64,000 nt of DNA, from assembly GCA_051294375.1 (NCBI GenBank), contig CM119264.1:17795157-17859156 (forward strand), written 5' to 3'. A model generated the notes under the pieces. It did not search any database. It was not told the origin of the DNA and worked only from the letters and a program-made list of their open reading frames with translations. Positions within the stretch are counted from its first letter, which is position 1; the number at the start of each line of letters is the position of its first letter. The position numbers and the translations under genes were made by a program. Source of the DNA: Paraspadella gotoi (taxonomy: Eukaryota; Animalia; Chaetognatha). This document shows, piece after piece, positions 57,801 to 64,000 of the stretch.

Positions 57801-58700
57801 GGCAGGATTTCGATTAGCTGCAATGGCGGCCACCACAGTTACACATTAGTGTCGAAAAGCTTCTATCACAGTTTTTGTGAGAGGGTTGACCTGCACAAAC
57901 GAAGACCAAATTTGTATTCTAGTGAACAACATTAGGCCATACATACTTTTTGCTTTTTAATCTGTAGTATTTTATTACAAAATATTCTGAACACTTATGG
58001 ACTTTATGAACATGATTTTTTGTTTTTCCAGGAATTGATTATTTTTCTTTCAGGGAATGACGTTACCTGGACATATCCAACTCGGTTCTCCTGTCGAACC
58101 ATTGGAGCTTCGATGAAGCTTGGCTAAATCCTTTTGAAACCATAGCGGTTTGATTCATCCTCTGAAGTACCAAGGATCAACTACTCTATAAGAACATCAT
58201 TGAGAAGACAAGTTGTTGTGATTAATGCTTGAATGAAATCATATCTTACTATGTCCCAATTGTCAAGGTTTCATAAGCGCAGTTAAATCTTTATCAGTTC
58301 TTGCGAGTTATGATTAAGAGTCTCCACGCTGAGTGGATTTTTAATTTCGTTCGAATTCGGCTGAGGTCATGGAAAGCTTGTTCTACACAGAGAGCACTCT
58401 GGACGAGATTTGATCTCTTGTGGGATGGCGAGGTTTGTCGACACACATTACGTTTTTCTCGAAGGTCATGAATGATGTTTATCTTGGTTCAAGATTTTTA
58501 TCAAAAACATTTTTCTTTATTTTGATAGCCCGCGGAGTTCACAAGTCGTTGCACATGCTGCTTATTTCTTTCGGCTGGAGTGTTTCTATTCTTGAAAAAA
58601 GAGAGTCTCCGGCAGTAAAACTCAGTAACTTCACAGTTCTTGCGAGTTTTTGATTTTCTGTTAGAAATCAGAGCATCTGTTACCTTGAATTTTTTATTTG
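54850..58700 (-). mobile_element. Decayed non-LTR retrotransposon (LINE) remnant; RT motifs at ~55000-55600
   Basis: Broken minus-strand frames show RT motifs in the expected order: PI.LL..LGKLL (~55580), EDAHAGFK/GR (~55400), YAFDNIW...LKYKL (~55340), xQG (~55180) and LRYADD (~55045). Many stops and frameshifts. Extending the element up to ~58700 rests on base composition only. Confidence 0.65.
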
Positions 58701-60077
58701 TTGTTAGATTTTTAGACTGAGAAGTTGCGTCTTTTGTTTTCAGTACATATCGGTGTGATTTGGCTGAAAAGATTTACCAATCAATCAATCAATTGTAATA
58801 GATTATTGGCTTATAATGAGGTTTTTAAGTTAGTTTGATTCTGTGATTATTAAGAAAATAGGTCATTTAACATCAACAGTTGATATCGTAGTTGTGCTTG
58901 ATTTTCTTGGCTGTTTTTTCTAAGTTCCGAAAAACGTGAAAAAATCGAGAGGGATCGGAGCATCGTCCGTTCCGTTCGTGGTCCATGAGAGAGAGAGAGA
59001 GCGAGAGAGAGAGACATATTCTTCGTCTTCGAGCTTTGCTTTATTTGAGGAAGAGGAACCAAATTCAAGATTCGACTGCTAATTCGATTTTTGAAGAGCC
59101 GTCAAAGGATATTTTTCCCACAAAAGATGAAAATGGGTTTTTTAACGATCGTGCACGTCACGGAAGATAGAAGAAAAAGAGATTAGAAATTAAAAAAAAA
59201 CAAACCTAAACTGACTAAAGAGAAAAAATAGAATAGAAATACGGAGGGAATGTGGAGAAAAAAACTGGAACGGAGTAGTTTAATAGTGGGAAAATTTTTG
59301 AGTAAAAAACTAGAAACACTATAAAAAAAAATTGGTTAAAAAGACCGAAGAGGGATGAAAATTGGTCACGACAGAGTGGATAAACTACTCTCGGTCGAGA
59401 GCGTAAAATGAAAAAAAAAAATAAAGGTAAAACGTTGAGGGGACCATTTCAAATAAGAGATTTAGAGAAGATTACATGCAGGAAGAGAGTGGTAGAACTC
59501 TCAGACCATTTCAGTACCTGGTGTTGGAAAAAAAAACACTTTTTTTCATTGTAATGTAGAAGTTGCGTGTATATGAGTGTTGATAGAGTGGTATGACAGG
59601 GTAATGACGATCATGAGTAGAGAATTCGATTTAAAACACCAAAAAGCTCTTAAAGAGAGAGATGGAGAAAAAAAGGAGGAGGTATAGGAAGAAAGCGAGT
59701 ACCAAAGAGGATAACGATTCGAGTAAAAAGAACTTATATTAAAGGAAGTCCAAAACGTTTTAACTAGCGAAGTATTTACGCTATAAAATTATGTACTGAC
59801 GACAAATAAAACGATTGTCGCTATCAAAAGGTTGTACTACGAGAAATGTATAACCTACAAATCCAGCTTGAATGTTTTTGTTGGGTAAAGAAAACCGAAA
59901 ATATATTATGTACTCAAAACAAAATTCACGAAATCTTGGAGAGGAAGTTAGGGATGGCCGAAACCGGGCCTAGTTTATTCTGGAGCAGCCATCAAGCTTA
60001 ATAAAGGGATTAGCACAACACTTGGCTCAATCGAGACGGCGAGGAGCTAAAGTTTTTCGAAAGAAAGACAGACACAC

Positions 60078-60142
<65 letters not shown>

Positions 60143-60370
60143 CTCTAAACAGCGATTCTGAATTTGATTCTCATCGAGGCATCGAGCATGGTTCAGTGGC
60201 GATTGACTAGCTCAGAAGTAGGTATAGCTTTCCAGGTTCAAAACCCGCCCTCAGGATTTTTTTCGAGAATTAAGTGAAAGTAAAAACCACGTACAGATAG
60301 ATTTACCGTAGCAAGGGGAAAAATAAAAAGAATGGCAGAAAAAGGGAAAGAAAACAAGACAAGGTAGGGA

Positions 60371-60371
<1 letters not shown>

Positions 60372-60433
<62 letters not shown>

Positions 60434-60434
60434 A

Positions 60435-60529
<95 letters not shown>

Positions 60530-60530
60530 T
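60372..60530. repeat. Compound (GAAA)n(GATA)n microsatellite
   Basis: Direct tandem runs. Confidence 0.95.
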
Positions 60531-60591
60531 AGAGATCAGCTGCAAACGCGAAAAGTATTCCGATCGAAATTCCTATTTGTCTCCATAAGCT

Positions 60592-60648
60592 ATCGTCGTC
60601 TCCATCGTCGTCTCCATCGTCGTCTCCATCGTCGTCTCCATCGTCGTC
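60592..60648. repeat. 12-bp tandem repeat (ATCGTCGTCTCC) x~4.5
   Basis: Read directly. Confidence 0.9.
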
Positions 60649-61629
60649 CTCGTTTTCGTAAGAGCGATCGTAATCCTGTCTTTGACTTTGTCATCAACTC
60701 AGTTGTCTAAGTCAAACCCCAGTCGAGTCAATTTTTTTTTCTTAACTTGCCACAACCTTAGTTTAACTCGAGTACCGCAACCACAAACTTAAATACTTGG
60801 TACAACCTTAGTTTACCATCGCCATAACAACCGACGTTTCGGCTAAACACTATCGCCCTACCAACTCGTTAGATTCGTGCGAGGCGGAGCGGAAAAGTTG
60901 ACGACGGGGCGCAAAGCAGGACGTCGAGGGATGGAACCACGTGGAGAGTCGGTCCACATGAGGTCGAGAGGGTGAGGCGAGATTAGGCGAAGTGAGGCGA
61001 GGCGTAGCGAAGAAGCATTTCCCCAACTCTAGATTTGAGCGACGACAAAATCTAGTTTGAACGACAACAACAAAAAAACAAAACAACCTAAAACCCTAAA
61101 ATTATCGGTCGAAAACAAAATCGAATGACAAGAAGGTGACGTCGCGATGAGTCACGTGACGAAACCGCGAGTCAGACGCGAAACGAGGAAACGACGGAGA
61201 CGATGACAAAGACAAAGACGATCGAAAAAGGAGAATCAGACAAAGACGCAGCGGAATCTCTCGGGGGCAAAATTTAAAATTAAAGCCAAACGCCATTATC
61301 TTTTTATTTGTTTTCTTTCTTTTCTTTTTTTTTTAAAGATCAAATGAGGATTAAAAACTTGAGATCGAGACGATCTGCCCCGAGGAACGTGACTAATAAT
61401 AGACGGCGGACGCGAGAGGAAAAAACCTGTTACGCTCGTGGGCGAAATAAAGAGAAAAGACGACGACGATGACGACGAACAAGAAGACATTAACGTTAAC
61501 ATTAACGACGACACTTACGACGACGACGATGACGACGTGCGCGGGACAAGAGAACTGCGCGCGCCCGAGATCAGAGAATGAAAGAAGGAAAAACCAAAAC
61601 GGAGAGGAGCGATGACTGTCATCGTGCGA

Positions 61630-61722
<93 letters not shown>

Positions 61723-61918
61723 GAAGAATATAGCGAAGAGGTCAACCGATCGGATAAACTTGGAGACGTTGAGCCCCGAGGGAATCAAAGAGGTTGGAGC
61801 CATCGAAAGCGACTCTGAGCCGGTGAAGGAGTCGGTGGAATTCCAGAAGTGGAGTCTCAATCGGGCCACCCTCGACTCGTGCTCTTGATAGTGCTTAAGA
61901 GAAAAAAGGCAGAGAGAG

Positions 61919-61949
<31 letters not shown>

Positions 61950-61950
61950 C

Positions 61951-61984
<34 letters not shown>

Positions 61985-62837
61985 AGAGAGAAGAGAAGAG
62001 AAGAGAGAGAGATCGAGAGATAAGAGAGAGAGAGGAGAGGAGAGAGAGAGCAGAGACAGAGAAACAGACCAGAGAGACGCCCAAGTTTTTGGACCCACCC
62101 TCAAGTTGAACTCCATTAACCGAGTTTTAACCCAAATTAAAATCTCGGTTTGAAATTCAATGATGAAATGAAAACGAGGCGATGATAAAATATAAAGTGA
62201 CAGAAACGGCGGAAAGCGTGTCGTAATACGAAAGATGCAACGTCGAATGGCGAGGACGTTAGGAACGACAACGGCTAAAAAAAAAATACAGAAAACCGTT
62301 TTACAATGAGAGGAGAGCGCGGATAAAGAGTATTGAAAAACTAGAGCAACAACGACGATGATGACGAATCCGTCACGCGAATCGAGAGAAAAAGGGGATG
62401 GAATCGAGAATGGTGAGTTTGCGCCTCGCGTGAGATTTGGCCTCGCGTGAGCGTTGTGTAGAGAGAGCGCTTGATCGTGGGGCAACCGGAGGAAACGAAG
62501 AGAAAGTGGCCAAATGGCCAAATGGCAGCTTTGCCAAAACGGAAAGAGGAAAACCGAGAAATGAATATTTTAGAAATCCGGTTGTGCCATTACTTTGATG
62601 ACAGCTAATCGTAGAAATAGATTAATTCTCTTCTTTTCTTTGCAAAAGTCTGTGACAACAATTTTAGAAAATAAAAATTGTTGGCCCGCGCAGGAAAATG
62701 ATCAGATGTTTTCGGAAAAAAATAGCGAGCGAAACACGTCGTGTTAATATTTAACAGCAATCTTAAGGCCGGAAATTATTAGAGCTTGAAACCCTAATTT
62801 AAATGGCGGTTATCAGGCTAACAAGAAAATTGATTAA

Positions 62838-62941
<104 letters not shown>

Positions 62942-63076
62942 AAAAATTTGGGCTAAGCGTTTTGGTGTGGCAGAAAAAAGAGGGGGAAAAAAAATAATCC
63001 AATTTTAAAAAAAAAGTTTAACAAAAAAATCGGGAGGTGACCCTTTTGGTAAAGAGCGATTCCGAGGTAGAGGCCT

Positions 63077-63118
63077 GGCGACGTCGATGGCGACGTCGAT
63101 GGCGACGTCGACGGCGAC
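63077..63118. repeat. 12-bp tandem repeat (GGCGACGTCGAT) x~3.5 with palindromic CGACGTCG core
   Basis: Read directly. Confidence 0.85.
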
Positions 63119-63614
63119 GATGATTATAAACGGGTTTTTAAATGAGGAAACAGAGCGAACTACTACGTCGGGGTCGGGACTCCGAGGGATACGAGTGACG
63201 CAGCGATAATAAGATCGCGGATGAAATTCCGACCCAAACTTCGAAGATAAGGTTACGAGAAAAAAAAGGAAAAAAAAGAACTCGAGGAGCGGCTGGAAAA
63301 TAAATCGAAGAAATATACTCGCTGGAGTAACCGGGGCTGGGTAGAGTAATTTTCCGGAAAGGCGCCAAGGCTCGTGATCTCTCTCTCTATATATCTCTCT
63401 CTCTCTTTTCTCTCATCCCGGCCCGTTCGACTCGGGAGAATGCGGGGAAAATACCTGCATTTCTCTAAGAGGGCAAATGAAGAAAGCAGAGGTCGCCTGC
63501 GCCGCCTCCGTTAACAAAGCGAAAACGTACTACGTGTTAAATAAATCCGACCAGTAGGAAAAGAGCAGGGTGGGAAAGGTATTTATTTTTTATCTTAAGA
63601 GAGAGAGAGGAGAG

Positions 63615-63704
<90 letters not shown>

Positions 63705-64000
63705 TGGCGAGTTACGCCGAGTTTGGACACCGCCCAGATTTTGAAAACCAATCATTTTTTAAAGGCTTTTTTTTTCATGCTTGAATTTTAATTTTTCAGT
63801 TTAATCTTTGACCCGGGTGAAATATTCACGTTTCTAATTCCTCCTTCAATTGAGAAAATTTTTCTCAAACCAAAATCAATAAACAAAGTGACCCAAAGCA
63901 AACAAACCTCCGAGGTGGAAGACGTCGACGTTTTCCATTAAGATGAGAGAAACGTAGAATTTTTTTTCGATTATAGAATTCCTATTGATAGTTTGTTTAC

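Noticed and set aside
60195-60256. tRNA gene (tagctcag..., ggttcaaaacc)
   Set aside because: A/B-box-like words only; the anticodon arm and acceptor stem are missing. At most a SINE relic.

Overview
This is eukaryotic DNA, most likely an invertebrate animal: AT-rich, with GT-AG introns and abundant AG/CT, CTTT, GAC and GATA microsatellites. Most entries in the ORF track are microsatellite or antisense shadows. I rebuilt five spliced genes by hand, checking exon phases: (1) a + strand Ikaros/Hunchback-type C2H2 factor with 6 N-terminal fingers and a C-terminal dimerisation-type finger pair (~4768-8797); (2) a - strand SLC31/Ctr copper transporter (10998-12512); (3) a + strand Ly6/three-finger, Quiver-like protein (28381-29419); (4) a + strand orphan protein with a duplicated CxGxxNLRRPPIWDxKHL motif (34928-36237); (5) a ~22-exon - strand EPLIN/LIMA1/XIRP-like LIM protein with ~9 internal ~55-60 aa repeats (37424-52247). 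Mobile DNA includes nested Helentron/DINE-like non-autonomous elements, a hAT-type MITE with an 8-bp TSD, a tRNA-derived SINE, decayed LINE RT remnants and two degenerate Penelope-type hammerhead motifs. The most striking unexplained structures are a ~39-copy array of a 27-bp core separated by poly(T) tracts, which interrupts an acidic minus-strand ORF (23413-24993), and a highly structured ~250-bp GC island at 15450-15705. All coordinates were read by eye and no database search was run.
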